DNA of 64,000 nt from an uncultured Chloroflexia bacterium (lineage in GTDB: Bacteria > Chloroflexota > Limnocylindria > Limnocylindrales > CSP1-4), in the NCBI GenBank assembly GCA_963833225.1, contig CAWHXD010000007.1:512001-576000 (forward strand). The letters are read 5' to 3'. A program made the translations under genes and the position numbers. Positions within the stretch are counted from its first letter, which is position 1; the number at the start of each line of letters is the position of its first letter. Positions 51,488-61,944 of the stretch are shown one piece after another. The notes below the pieces were generated by a model. The model saw only the letters and a program-made list of their open reading frames with translations, did no database searches and was not told where the DNA came from.

Positions 51488-54191
51488 CTACGCCGGCGAC
51501 GAGGACGCTGAGCCCCGGGCGGGCGTTGCCGCGAGCTCGTCCGCAAGCCGGATCGTCTCGTCGAGGCCGTGCTCTCGCGTCCACGAACGGCCACGGGCGA
51601 CGGCCTCGGCGAGCGCGCCGGTCGCCTGATCCGGGTCCGGGACCGCGAGCGACGCGGTCGGCCACAGGCTCGCGAGGTGGAGGCCCGTTTCGGCCACCGC
51701 CCGAGCGGCGGCCGCTCCGACCGCGAACGCGTCCTCGGGTCGCCCCGCCAGCAGCAACAGGCTCGACATTGCCGACATCGAGATACAGAGGCCGGACACG
51801 TCGCGGCTGTCACGGAACTCGCGGACCGCGACGGCAATGTCCTCGGCGGAGCCCCGCACGTCTCGGGCGATCGCGCGGGCGAACGCCCGGGTGAACCTTG
51901 TCCAGGCGATCCAGAAGTGGTCGCCACCGCGCTCGAAGATCGCGAGCGCCCGCGTGGTCGCATCCTCTGACGCGGCGTGGTCCTCCCGGTAGGCGTAGTG
52001 CTCACCCAGGCCCCACAGGGCCTTCGCGACCCCATCCTCGTCACCGAGCCGGGTCCAGATCTCGAGGGCCTCGTCGAGCAGCGCCCGGTTGTCATCGGCG
52101 AGCAGCCTGCCCCAGTCCGCCACGTTCTCGGTTGCCCGGCGCGTGAACCAGTGGTTGTACGCGGCGTTGGCGATCTCGGCGTCGTCGCCCAGCCGGCGCG
52201 CCTCCATGACGGCGTCGCCGTACAACGGACCGGCTGCGGCGATGTCGCCGGCCCAGTAGGCAAGGCCCCCGGCCGCCTCGAGGGCCCGGAGGCGCGATCG
52301 CGACGCCGCGGCTGACCACTCGGGCATCGCGAGGATGCGCGCCAGGCGTTGTCGTCCCTCGGCGAGATGCCCGCGCATCTGCCAGAAGCGCCAGCAGCCG
52401 AACCCGAGCGCGGATGCCGTCGTGGTGTCGCCGACCGCGACGGCGTGGTCGATCGCGGCCCGGACGTTGTCGTGCTCCTCGTCAAGGCGGTCGAGCGCGG
52501 CTCCGCGGTCGCCCATGTCCGCGACGGCCGCTTCGACGAGCTCCAGGACGGCAACGGCGTGCTGGTCGGCAAACCGTTGAGCTTCCCCGAGCTCCACGAG
52601 GCGCTCGTGCGCATACTCCCGCAGCGTCTCGAGCATGGTGAACCGGACGTCGCCGTGCGGGTGCTCCTCGACCCGCACCAGGCTCTGCTCGGCCAGCCGC
52701 TCGAGCAGGCCGACGACGTCGGTTCCGGCCAGGTCGTCCCCGGCGTCCCCGGGGAGCAGGCAGACCCGCTCCACGAGGTCCATCGGCCCACCTCCCGCAA
52801 GAACGGACAGCCGGGCGAACAGGCGCCGCTCGGAGGGTCCGAGGAGCTCGTAGCTCCAGTCGATGGCGCCGCGCAGCGTCCGCTGCCGCTCGGGCACGTC
52901 ACGACCGCCCGAGGAGAGCAGCGAGAGCCGGTCGTCGAGGCGACGGGCGATCGCCTGCGGTGAGAGCAGCCGGATCCGGGCCGCGGCCAGCTCGATCGCC
53001 AGCGGGAGGCCGTCAAGCCGGCGCACCACCTCGGCGACGTCCCCGGCGTTCTCGGTGGTGATCGCGAATCCTGGCCTCACGGCGGCGGCACGCTCCGCAA
53101 ACAGGCGGCCGGCCTCCGAGCCGGCGACGGTCTCCGGGTCATGTGATCCCTGGGGCGGCAGCGCGAGCGGCGGGACCGGGAACTCCTGCTCTCCCGCGAT
53201 CCGGAGTGGGGCCCGGCTCGAGGCGATGACCGTCAACCCCGGGGCCAGCCGCAGCAGGTCGGCCACCGTCGGAGCCACCTCGAGCACCTGCTCCAGGTTG
53301 TCGAGGACGAGCATCGTCTGCCGGCTGCTGAGGTGCTCGCGGATCCGCTCCAGCGGTGGCTGGGACGGTGACAGGAGACCGAGCGTGCTCGCGATCGACG
53401 ACGGGACGAGCTCCGGATCCCGGACGGCGGCCAGCGGCACGAACCAGGCGCCGTCCGGGTATCGATCAGCGCATCCCGGCGGCGAGCTGCAGCGACAGCC
53501 TGGTCTTCCCGGTGCCCCCGGGTCCGGTGAGCGTCAGCAGCCGGGCATCGTCCAGCAGTGCCCGAGCGGCGTCCACCTCCGCGCGCTCCACGAACGACGT
53601 GAGCTGGGCGGGCAGGTTGCCCGCAACGGACCCGACCGTCCGGAGCGGCGGGAAGGCCGTGCGCAGCCCATCGGCCTCGGCCTGGAACAGATGCTCGGGC
53701 TCCGTGACATCCTTGAGCGCGTGCTCGCCGAGGTCGCGGAGCGTGATCCCCTCGCCTGGGTCGACGACGAGCCCGCGAGCCGACCCGGAGACCAGCACCT
53801 GCCCTCCGTGGGCAGCCGAGGCGACGCGCGCCGCGTGGTGCACCTCGTAGCCGACGTAGTCGCCGTCGACCACGCGCGCCTCGCCCGCGTGGACGCCCAT
53901 CCTCACCGAGAGGGTCTGGCCGTCCGGCCAGGCGTAGGCGGTGAGTGCCCGTTGGCCCGCCATCGCCCCGCGGATGGCTGCCGCCACGGACCCGAAGGCG
54001 ACGAAATGGGCATCACCCTCGGAGCCGAACGGAACGCCGCCCGCGCCTGAGGCCGCGTCCTCGACAAGTCGTCGCTCCACGGCCAGGAGCTCGCCGTAGG
54101 CCTCGTCGCCGATCCGGCTGACGAGCCTGGTCGAGCCTTCGATGTCGGTGAACAGGAAGGCGACGGTTCCGGTGGGGAGCTCGGGGGACAC
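51488..54191 (-). CDS. Class III nucleotide cyclase-STAND ATPase-TPR protein (frameshift near 53470)
   Basis: FTDIEGST, EGDA, RMGVHAG, GPGGTGKT, VLDNLE, LDGLPLAIELAAAR, IDWSY, TPR-like C-terminus. Confidence 0.9.
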
Positions 54192-54222
54192 GGCTCTAGC
54201 CTCTGGAGGTGGGGCGCGACCT

Positions 54223-54651
54223 CTAGGTTCGGTGGTCGGAGGTCATCGCACGCAGGCGCCCGGCCAGCACGCGCAGGACCGCGAGGGCGACACCCGGCTC
54301 GTCCCGCAGCACGCGCTCCGCGTCCCACGTCGCGAGCGCGAGGCACGTCGTCGGGCCGTCGGCGATCACGGTGGCGTTGCGCGGACCGCCGTCGAGCACC
54401 GAGAGCTCGCCAAAGAACTCACCGGGACCCAGGTGGGCGACGGCGCGACCGTCGCGCATCACGCGGACCCGGCCCTCGCCCACGATGAACAGCCCGGTGC
54501 CGATCTCGCCCTCTCGCGCGATCTGGCGCTCCGCCGGGAACTCCACCTCGACCGCCGCGGCGGCGACCGCCGCGAGCCCGGCCTCGTCGAGCCCGGCGAA
54601 CAGCGGGCAGGCGCCGATGAGCGATTCGCGATGGGGCGCGGACAAGGGCAC
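54223..54651 (-). CDS. Stand-alone cyclic nucleotide-binding domain protein
   Basis: FFGELSVLDGGPRNATV phosphate-binding cassette. GAGGAGG RBS. Confidence 0.9.
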   Translation of the reverse strand: MPLSAPHRESLIGACPLFAGLDEAGLAAVAAAAVEVEFPAERQIAREGEIGTGLFIVGEGRVRVMRDGRAVAHLGPGEFFGELSVLDGGPRNATVIADGPTTCLALATWDAERVLRDEPGVALAVLRVLAGRLRAMTSDHRT

Positions 54652-54830
54652 CGGGATCCTCCTCGGGACAGGAAGCGCATCGTGCGCCGGGCCGGCCGTC
54701 GGCGTCAACCCGGGCGTCGCCGGATCGCGGTGGATGCCGAGCGCACGCGACCCCCCGATTCGTGGGACCATGCCCCTCTGCGGCGCGACCGGGTCGCATG
54801 GGTCGGGGGAGAACGAGGAGGCGCCGTCCT

Positions 54831-55253
54831 GTGGCAACGCGCGAGGAGCTCGCCGACACCCTTGCCGGGTTCGCCCTGTTCGCGGACCTCGGGTCCCCGC
54901 AGCTGCTGAGCGTCGCGGGCCTGTTCGAGGAGACCGCGATGGCGGAGGGCGAGCGGATCCTCCGCCAGGGGCTCACCGGTTCCGGGTTCTACATCATTCT
55001 CGACGGGACGGCCGACGTCCGGATCGACGGCACGACCCGCGGCACGCTCCACCGGGGCGACTTCTTCGGTGAGGTGTCCATCCTGCTCGGCGAGCCGCCC
55101 ACGGCCGACATCGTCGCCACGTCCACGCTCCGCTGCATCGTCCTGGGCCCCACGGCGGTCCAGCCGTTCCTCCTGGCTCACCCGCCCGTGATGTTCCGGA
55201 TGCTCCAGGCGCAGGCCCGTCGGCTGCGCAACGCCAACCGCTGGCGGAGCTGA
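54831..55253 (+). CDS. Stand-alone cyclic nucleotide-binding domain protein
   Basis: FFGEVSILLGEPPTADI cassette with Arg replaced by Pro. GAGGAGG RBS. Confidence 0.88.
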   Translation: MATREELADTLAGFALFADLGSPQLLSVAGLFEETAMAEGERILRQGLTGSGFYIILDGTADVRIDGTTRGTLHRGDFFGEVSILLGEPPTADIVATSTLRCIVLGPTAVQPFLLAHPPVMFRMLQAQARRLRNANRWRS

Positions 55254-55255
55254 CC

Positions 55256-56791
55256 GTGGAGGCGGTCGAGCGCCCGTTTCCACCCGGTGACTACCCGGTG
55301 GTGGTCGTCGGGTCCGGACCCGGCGGGCTCCAGGTGTCGTACGCCCTCCGCACGGAGGGCATCGAGCACGCGCTGATCTCCGCCGACGTCGGGCCGGGAG
55401 GCATGTTCCGGCGGTGGCCGTTCTTCCAGCGCCTGCTGTCGTGGACCAAGCCCTACGCGCCGGCCGAGCGGACCACGCGGGAATACCAGCGCTACGACTG
55501 GAACAGCCTGCTCGCGGACGAGCCTGAGCTGCGGTCGCTGCAGGCGGAATTCCTCGACGAGACGTCCTACTTCCCGTCGCGCCCCGCGATGCAGCAGAGC
55601 CTCGAGGCGTTTGTGGAACGGGCCGGGATCCGCATCCGGTTCCGGACGCGCTGGGAGCGGACCCGTCGCGAGGATGGGCCCGACGGCACGCGCTTCGTCC
55701 TCGAGACCAACGATGGCGAGTACCGCTGTCGCGCGCTCGTGCTCGCGGTCGGGATCGCGCAGCCCTCCCTGCCGGTCACCCCGGGCATCGAGCTCGCCCG
55801 GCACTACGCCGACACGCGCGACGCCTCCACGTATGCCGGCAAGCGGATCTTCATCATCGGCAAGCAGAACAGCGGCTTCGAGCTGGCGTCGGGCCTCGCC
55901 CAGTGGGCGTCGTCGATCACCGTCTGCTCGCCGTCGCCGGCCAAGACCAGCATCCAGACCAAGTCGCTGGTCGGCGTTCGCGCCCGCTACGTCCAGCCAT
56001 TCGAGGATGGCTTCCTGGGGCTCGGCGTGCGGATCCTGAACGCGTCCATCACGAGCCTCACGCAGGTGGGCGACGCCATCCGCGTGGACCTGCACCGGAC
56101 GGACACCGGCGAGGACCTGTGCGTGGAGGCGGACGAGGTCATCGCGGCCACTGGCTTCACCTGTCCGCTGCGGGACCTGCCGGAGCTCGGGGTCGCCACC
56201 TTCGGTGCGGCCAAGCTGCCCGTGGTGACCCCATTCTGGGAGAGCACCACGGTCGGCGGGATCTTTTTCGCGGGGACGATCAGCCAGGCCGCGCCAGGTC
56301 TCCGCAAGCACGGCGTGCCGGCCAACTCGGGCGCCGTCCAAGGTCACCGGTACAACGGCGTCGTCCTGGCGCGGCACCTCGCCGCGACCGTGTTCGGCAA
56401 GACCCGCGAGTGCCCTGTCGTCGATCGCGCCGATGTCATCGACTACCTGCTGCGGGAGGCGACGTCCGCACCGGAGCTCTGGCACCAGAAGGCGTACCTG
56501 GCCCGGGTGATCACGTCCGAGCCGGACGGGACGCTGCGCGACGCCGGGATCCTGCCCCTCGTGCACGCGCTCGACGCGATGACGGAGGACCTGGTGGCGA
56601 TGACCGTCGAGTCCGACGGACAGGGGGGCTTGTACCCGGTCGCGTACGTGCGACGTGACGGGGCCCTGACCGAGCACGTGCTGCCCGCTGACCCGTTGCT
56701 GGACTTCGCGACGGATGCCCACCGGGCGGCGCTTGCCGAGGCCGTCGACCGGCTGCTCGCCGCCGCGCCCGCCCGCATGTCGGCGGATTGA
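55256..56791 (+). CDS. FAD/NAD(P)-dependent oxidoreductase (FMO/TrxB-like)
   Basis: GSGPGG, GKQNSG second Rossmann motif, AATGF, FFAG. Confidence 0.85.
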   Translation: MEAVERPFPPGDYPVVVVGSGPGGLQVSYALRTEGIEHALISADVGPGGMFRRWPFFQRLLSWTKPYAPAERTTREYQRYDWNSLLADEPELRSLQAEFLDETSYFPSRPAMQQSLEAFVERAGIRIRFRTRWERTRREDGPDGTRFVLETNDGEYRCRALVLAVGIAQPSLPVTPGIELARHYADTRDASTYAGKRIFIIGKQNSGFELASGLAQWASSITVCSPSPAKTSIQTKSLVGVRARYVQPFEDGFLGLGVRILNASITSLTQVGDAIRVDLHRTDTGEDLCVEADEVIAATGFTCPLRDLPELGVATFGAAKLPVVTPFWESTTVGGIFFAGTISQAAPGLRKHGVPANSGAVQGHRYNGVVLARHLAATVFGKTRECPVVDRADVIDYLLREATSAPELWHQKAYLARVITSEPDGTLRDAGILPLVHALDAMTEDLVAMTVESDGQGGLYPVAYVRRDGALTEHVLPADPLLDFATDAHRAALAEAVDRLLAAAPARMSAD

Positions 56792-56803
56792 CAGCCAGCT
56801 GAC

Positions 56804-56867
56804 TTGCCGGAATCGGCTACTTGGATACCATTTAGCCCTTTTCGACTAACTCCATCTGCGGTAGGCT
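56804..56867 (+). promoter_or_regulatory. Tandem dyad operator and leaderless promoter of satD
   Basis: TTGCCG-GAAT-CGGCTA (56804) and TAGCCC-TTTT-CGACTA (56833). TAGGCT -10 lies 7 nt before the GTG. Confidence 0.5.
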
Positions 56868-56874
56868 CCCGCGT

Positions 56875-57564
56875 GTGACAGCCCAGGTACCGGCCATCGT
56901 GCTCTTTGGTGACGTCGTCGACTCGCGTCGTGACGCCGGTGCGGCCGCGTTCCTGCGGGCGCTCCGCGACGACCTGGACGACGCCTACGGAGCCGAGCGC
57001 CTCGCGCCGACCGGGTTCACCCAGGGCGACGAGATCCAGCTGCTGCTCGGTCCCGACGCCGATCCGTTTCGCGGGGTGGTTCGCTCGGCGTTGCACCCGG
57101 ACGCGAGGGAGCTCCGCTGGGCCGTCGTGGCCGGCGAGGTCGACCGGGGCACCGGGCCCGCGACGGAGCGCAACGGCCCCGCCTTCCGCGACGCGCGCGA
57201 GCTGCTGGAGCGCTCCCGGACGCGGCGCGAGGGGATGGCGGCCGTCACCGGCGATCCGCAAGCGGACATCCTGCTCGCGGACCTTGCCCCGTTGCTGCCG
57301 GCGCTGCTGGCCGAGCTCACGACACGGCAGCGCGAGATCGGTCGACTGCTGCTGGTCGAGAGCCTGCGTCGGGCGGAGGTGGCTGAGCGACTGGGGGTCA
57401 GCCGGGCCACCGTCTCGGTCATCGCGGATCGTGCCCGAGCCCGCCACCTGGCCAGGCTGAGCGCGGCCCTGGCTACCATCTTCCACGACGGCGTGACCCA
57501 TGCCGCCGCGACCATCGGCGATGATCGCGTCGCCGCCACGCGTCCACCGGGGAGCACGGCGTGA
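56875..57564 (+). CDS. SatD family protein with C-terminal HTH
   Basis: GDVVDSR, TQGDEIQ, NGPAF..AR, then LTTRQ..AEVAERLGVSRATVS. Confidence 0.85.
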   Translation: MTAQVPAIVLFGDVVDSRRDAGAAAFLRALRDDLDDAYGAERLAPTGFTQGDEIQLLLGPDADPFRGVVRSALHPDARELRWAVVAGEVDRGTGPATERNGPAFRDARELLERSRTRREGMAAVTGDPQADILLADLAPLLPALLAELTTRQREIGRLLLVESLRRAEVAERLGVSRATVSVIADRARARHLARLSAALATIFHDGVTHAAATIGDDRVAATRPPGSTA

Positions 57565-58616
57565 CCGACACGATCCTCGTCCTGGCCTGGCTCGTCCTGG
57601 CCCACCTCGTCGCGGACTTCGTGCTCCAGAACGACTGGATCGCGATCAACAAGGGAACGGGTGGCCGCACCGGTTGGTCGGCGCTGGGTGTCCACGGGTT
57701 TCATGTCGGGCTGTGCCTGGTCCCGTTCCTGTTCGCCTACGGCCTGCCCGCGGTGCTCTACATCGCGGTGGTGGTCACGACCCACATCCTCGTCGACCGC
57801 TGGAAGGTCAGGGCGACCCGCCGCGCGGAGCGCAGGGCGCTCGACGCGGCGCAGGCACGGCCCGGCGCCGCCGGCGGGGCGGCTGCGTCCGGGCTCGGCA
57901 GCGCGTGGACGCCGTGGCCCGGGATGCTGTATCTCGCCGACCAGGTGCTGCACATCACCATCGCCCTCGTCGGATGGCTCGTGATCCTGGAGGGCGTGGC
58001 GCTCCAGCAGGGCTTCGTGGACGTCGTGAACACGGCGCTCCGGGGCTGGGACCGGGCCATCGTCCACGCCGCGATCCTGACCGGCGTGGTGCTCGTCTCG
58101 CTGTTCATCGTCAACACGCGGGCCGCCTACTACTTCGTGCTGGCCCTCGTGTCACCGCGTGAGCTGCCGGAACCCGCGTCGCAGCCGCAGCTCGCACAAG
58201 GATCTGGCTCCGCGCCGTCCCCCGCGGCTGGATACACGGTCCGCGTCGGACCGCTCGTGGCAACCGTGGAGCCTGGCGTGCACCCGGGTGAGCCGGCGCC
58301 GGACGAGACGGTCCCCGCGGAGCCCGCCTTGGCCCGCCAGCCCGCCGAGCCGCCCAGACCGGCCGTCCCAACCGGCGCGCCAGCTCGCATCGGCGCGACC
58401 ATCGGTGCCCTCGAGCGGCTGCTCATCGTGGCGTTCGTGCTGGTCAACGCCGAGGCGGCAGTCGGCCTGGTCATCGCGGCCAAGACCATCGCCCGCTTCA
58501 AGCAGCTCGACGACCGGGGCTTCGCGGAGTACTACCTGCTGGGCACGCTCGCCAGCGTCTCGGTCGCCTTCCTGAGCGCGGTCATCGCGAAGGCGGTGCT
58601 GGGCTCGATCCCGTAG
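57561..58616 (+). CDS. DUF3307 family membrane protein
   Basis: HLVADFVLQ, HILVD, DQVLH, IGALER, AAKTIARF, AEYYLLGTL. GTGA overlap with satD. Confidence 0.85.
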   Translation: MTDTILVLAWLVLAHLVADFVLQNDWIAINKGTGGRTGWSALGVHGFHVGLCLVPFLFAYGLPAVLYIAVVVTTHILVDRWKVRATRRAERRALDAAQARPGAAGGAAASGLGSAWTPWPGMLYLADQVLHITIALVGWLVILEGVALQQGFVDVVNTALRGWDRAIVHAAILTGVVLVSLFIVNTRAAYYFVLALVSPRELPEPASQPQLAQGSGSAPSPAAGYTVRVGPLVATVEPGVHPGEPAPDETVPAEPALARQPAEPPRPAVPTGAPARIGATIGALERLLIVAFVLVNAEAAVGLVIAAKTIARFKQLDDRGFAEYYLLGTLASVSVAFLSAVIAKAVLGSIP

Positions 58617-58637
58617 GCGCCAGCCACCGGCGGATCG

Positions 58638-60714
58638 TCAGACGAGGTTCCTGGGGATCCGCTCGCGCCACTCCCGTGTGAAGAACGGCTCGCCGTCGAG
58701 GGTCACGTCCAGGGCCACGGTCACGTCGAACGCGGCCTCGTCGGACGCGATGGTGCCGCGGGCCCCGATGTCGACATCGGCCCCGAAGCCGGACCAGCGG
58801 TAGACGACGTCGCTCTCGAGGCTGGCGTGCGCCGGGTCGGCATCCGACGCCGTCAGGACCAGCCGCTCGCTGCTGTACAGGCGGGACCCGTCCTCCTGGG
58901 TGCTGCCCCCGCCGTCGAAGATGGTGACGGCGACGGTCCCGCGCAGCACGTCCTCCTCGATCCGCCACTCTGGCTCGTCATCCTCGCCGGCGCCGACGTC
59001 GCGCATGGCGACCGGCTCGAGGCGGAACGGCGGGACGGCCAGGGTGGGCGCCGTCGCGGGCAGGACCGGCAGCTCGAGGCGCGATGCCAGTGCAGGTCCG
59101 TGGTGGACGCGGAGCTCGCCGGGCAGCGGCGACGGCCACAGCACCGGCCAGTAGCTCGTGAGGACGGTGAGCCGGACCCGGTTGCCGGGCGTGAAGCGAT
59201 AGCCCGAGACCCGCAGCGGGACGCGGACCTCCTCGGCCGCCGCGGCGCCGGCCGGCATGGGCTCAGGGTCGGTGTCGGAGCGGCGGTGGGTCAGGTTGAG
59301 GACCCCCGTGGCGACCAGTGACGACACCCCGTCGGGCGTGACCTCGGACAGGCGCACGACGCAGGTCGCGACCGGCATCGACGCGGCCAGGTTGAGGACG
59401 GCGACCGGCGACCCGATGACCGTGACGGGCGCCTCCAGCGGCGCCGAGGTATACGTCAGCCCGCGCAGCTCGTCGGGCCGCAGGTCGCGCGCGAGGCCGT
59501 TTGGGGCGCCGCCCGCGCCCCATGAGAGCGCGCCGGACGTGCCCACGGTCGCCCGGTGGGGGAGGGCATCGACGCTGGTCTCGATCGGTGGCTCCTCGCG
59601 GAGCTCGCCGCCGCCGTGAAGCCAGAGGTCGCGGCGTTCGGTGCCGGGCACCGGGAACGCGCCCGCGGCCCGCCACCGCCCGGGCCACTCGCCCGGGAAC
59701 GGTTCCGGCCTTGCCCACTCCCGCTCGAACCAGACCAACGCGGGCTCCGTCTCCCAGCCGTTGTCGACGCCCTTCAGGTAGCGGTCGAAGAAGCGGACCA
59801 GCTCGTGGAGCCAGTCGAGGTTCGGTCCCGGGTAGGCGTCGTCCGGAAAGGAGTGGACCCAGTTGCCGACGAGGGTTCGCACGGCGGCGTTCGTGCACTG
59901 CTCCTGGATCCGGAGCGCGGCGTCCGGGTAGGCGTCGGTCCAGCCGGCGACCTGGAACACGGCGCACGCCAAGGCTTCGTACCCCGGAGCCAGCGATCCC
60001 CGGCGCCAGTACGGGCCGTCGGTCTGGTTGCGGATCCAGGCCATGAGCCAGGGTGGCGTCTGGTCCAGGCGCGCGTGCCACTCCTCGCGCCATCCGTCAC
60101 CGCGGAACGGCGGGTGCGGCGGCATCGCGTTCATGCCCAGCTGGCTGACGGCGTACTGGCACTTCTCGCTGGCGGTCACGCAGCCGCCGCGGATGTGGAC
60201 ATCATCCCGATACCGATCGTCCGTGGCATACATCGGCAGGATCGCGCGCAGGTGGGGCGGCCGCAGCCTGGCGACCTGGATCGACGTGAAGCCGCCGTAC
60301 GAGATGCCCCACATGCCGACGTTGCCGATTGCACCACGGCTGGGCGGCCAGCCACTCGACGGCGTCGTACCCGTCGAGGGTCTCGGCCTCGGTGTACTCG
60401 TCCTCCGCGATCCCGGGCGAGGAGCCCGTGCCCCGGACGTCCAGCCGGCACAGCGCGAATCCGCGCGCCGCAAGCCATTCGCCGCGAGCGGTGTCGCTGT
60501 TCCGGCGCCAGTTGTCCTTGCCGTACGGGATCATCTCGAGGATGGCGCCGAACCGCTGGTCGGGTTGCCCGGGGGAGGGGAGGGGCAGCCACAGGTTGGC
60601 GGACAGCTCGAGGCCGTCGCGGACAGGGATGCGCACATCCCAGCGGGTCTCGAAGGCGTGGTCAGGCCCGCTGGCGTCGAGGCGCCGGTCGGGGAGGGCG
60701 GAGCTTGTAGTCAT
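58638..60714 (-). CDS. CocE/NonD family serine hydrolase (frameshift near 60335)
   Basis: RDGLELSA, PYGK, DVRGTGSS, WGISYGG, GWTD, GNWVH. Confidence 0.92.
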
Positions 60715-60741
60715 CGGCCGGAGTCTAGGCTCCGGCCGGGG

Positions 60742-61100
60742 TCACGGCTGGCCGAGACTCGCGGTGAAGAACGCGACGAGGCGCTCGCGCTCGCGGGAAT
60801 CCACCACGCGGCGAGCTCCTTGCCGGCGATGCCGGGGTCGCGCGACGCGAACCGGATCTCCTGGGGCTCGGGCATCGCGTACGTGGCCGACAGGTCCGGG
60901 TCCCAGCCCGTGGGCACCTTCCACGCCGCGGGCGTGTTCGCCTGGTCGTTGGGCCAGCAGGCCTGGGGGGCCCTGCCGACCTGGTCGTAGACGAACCAGG
61001 AGACCAGCCCATAGGCCAGGAGCCCGACGATGGCGACCACCGCCAGGCCGCCCAGCACCCATCTCCCCCGTGAGCGACGCCTCGCCGCTGCATGCATCAC
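60742..61100 (-). pseudogene. Membrane-anchored alpha/beta hydrolase with catalytic core deleted
   Basis: N-terminal TM and ..LAAWWIPA joined out of frame to a C-terminal ERLVAFFTASLGQP-stop at a GCGAGC tandem. Confidence 0.6.
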
Positions 61101-61206
61101 CCGAACCCCAACGTCGTCTCACCCCGGCGGGCCGTGCGAGCGTGATCGCCGCAGCTTCCGTCCGCCAGTGCCGACCGTAATGACGCCGCGAGGTACCGTT
61201 CGTGGC

Positions 61207-61773
61207 ATGACCGACCCGATCCTGGAACCGACCGTCGTGGGTCCCTGGCGACGACGGACGCGCACGACGGCCTATGGCAACTCATGGATCGAGGTGTTCC
61301 ACGACGAGGTGGACCACCCTGATGGATCGCCCGGCATCTACGGGGTGGTCCACTTCCGGAACGCCGCCGTCGGCGTGGTGGCCGTGGACGATACGGGCCG
61401 GATCCTGCTGGTGGGCCAGCACCGGTACACCCTCGATGCCTACAGCTGGGAGATCCCGGAGGGTGGCGCGGCGATCGACGAGGCGCCCGTCGAGGGTGCC
61501 GCGCGGGAGCTCGCCGAGGAGACCGGCTACGCGGCGGCCGAGTGGCGCGAGCTGTGCCGCTTCTCCCTGTCCAACTCGGTCACCGACGAGCGCGGCGTGG
61601 TGTTCGTCGCGACCGGGCTGCGGGCCGGCGCCGCCACCCCGGAGCCGAGCGAGGAGCTCGCCATCCGCTGGGCGACGCTGGACGAGACGCTCGCGGAGAT
61701 CGACGCCGGGGAGATCCACGACCTCATCACGATCGCGGGGGTGACCCGGTACGCGCTGGAGCTGCGCCCATGA
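61207..61773 (+). CDS. Nudix hydrolase (ADP-ribose pyrophosphatase-like)
   Basis: WEIPEGG..GAARELAEETG Nudix box. Confidence 0.93.
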   Translation: MTDPILEPTVVGPWRRRTRTTAYGNSWIEVFHDEVDHPDGSPGIYGVVHFRNAAVGVVAVDDTGRILLVGQHRYTLDAYSWEIPEGGAAIDEAPVEGAARELAEETGYAAAEWRELCRFSLSNSVTDERGVVFVATGLRAGAATPEPSEELAIRWATLDETLAEIDAGEIHDLITIAGVTRYALELRP

Positions 61774-61944
61774 CCCCGGACGTGGGGTCGCGCGAGGCCG
61801 GCTCGTGACCCGGGGCCGGGGCGTCGCGGCCCGCCAGGCTCCGCACCCGACCGCTGACGTGCCGGGACGGCCGCCCGCCGGGCGTCGTGGAGGCCGTAGG
61901 ATGCGGGCGCCGTTGGGGATCGAGGACGCCGGAGGTGCGAGCAC

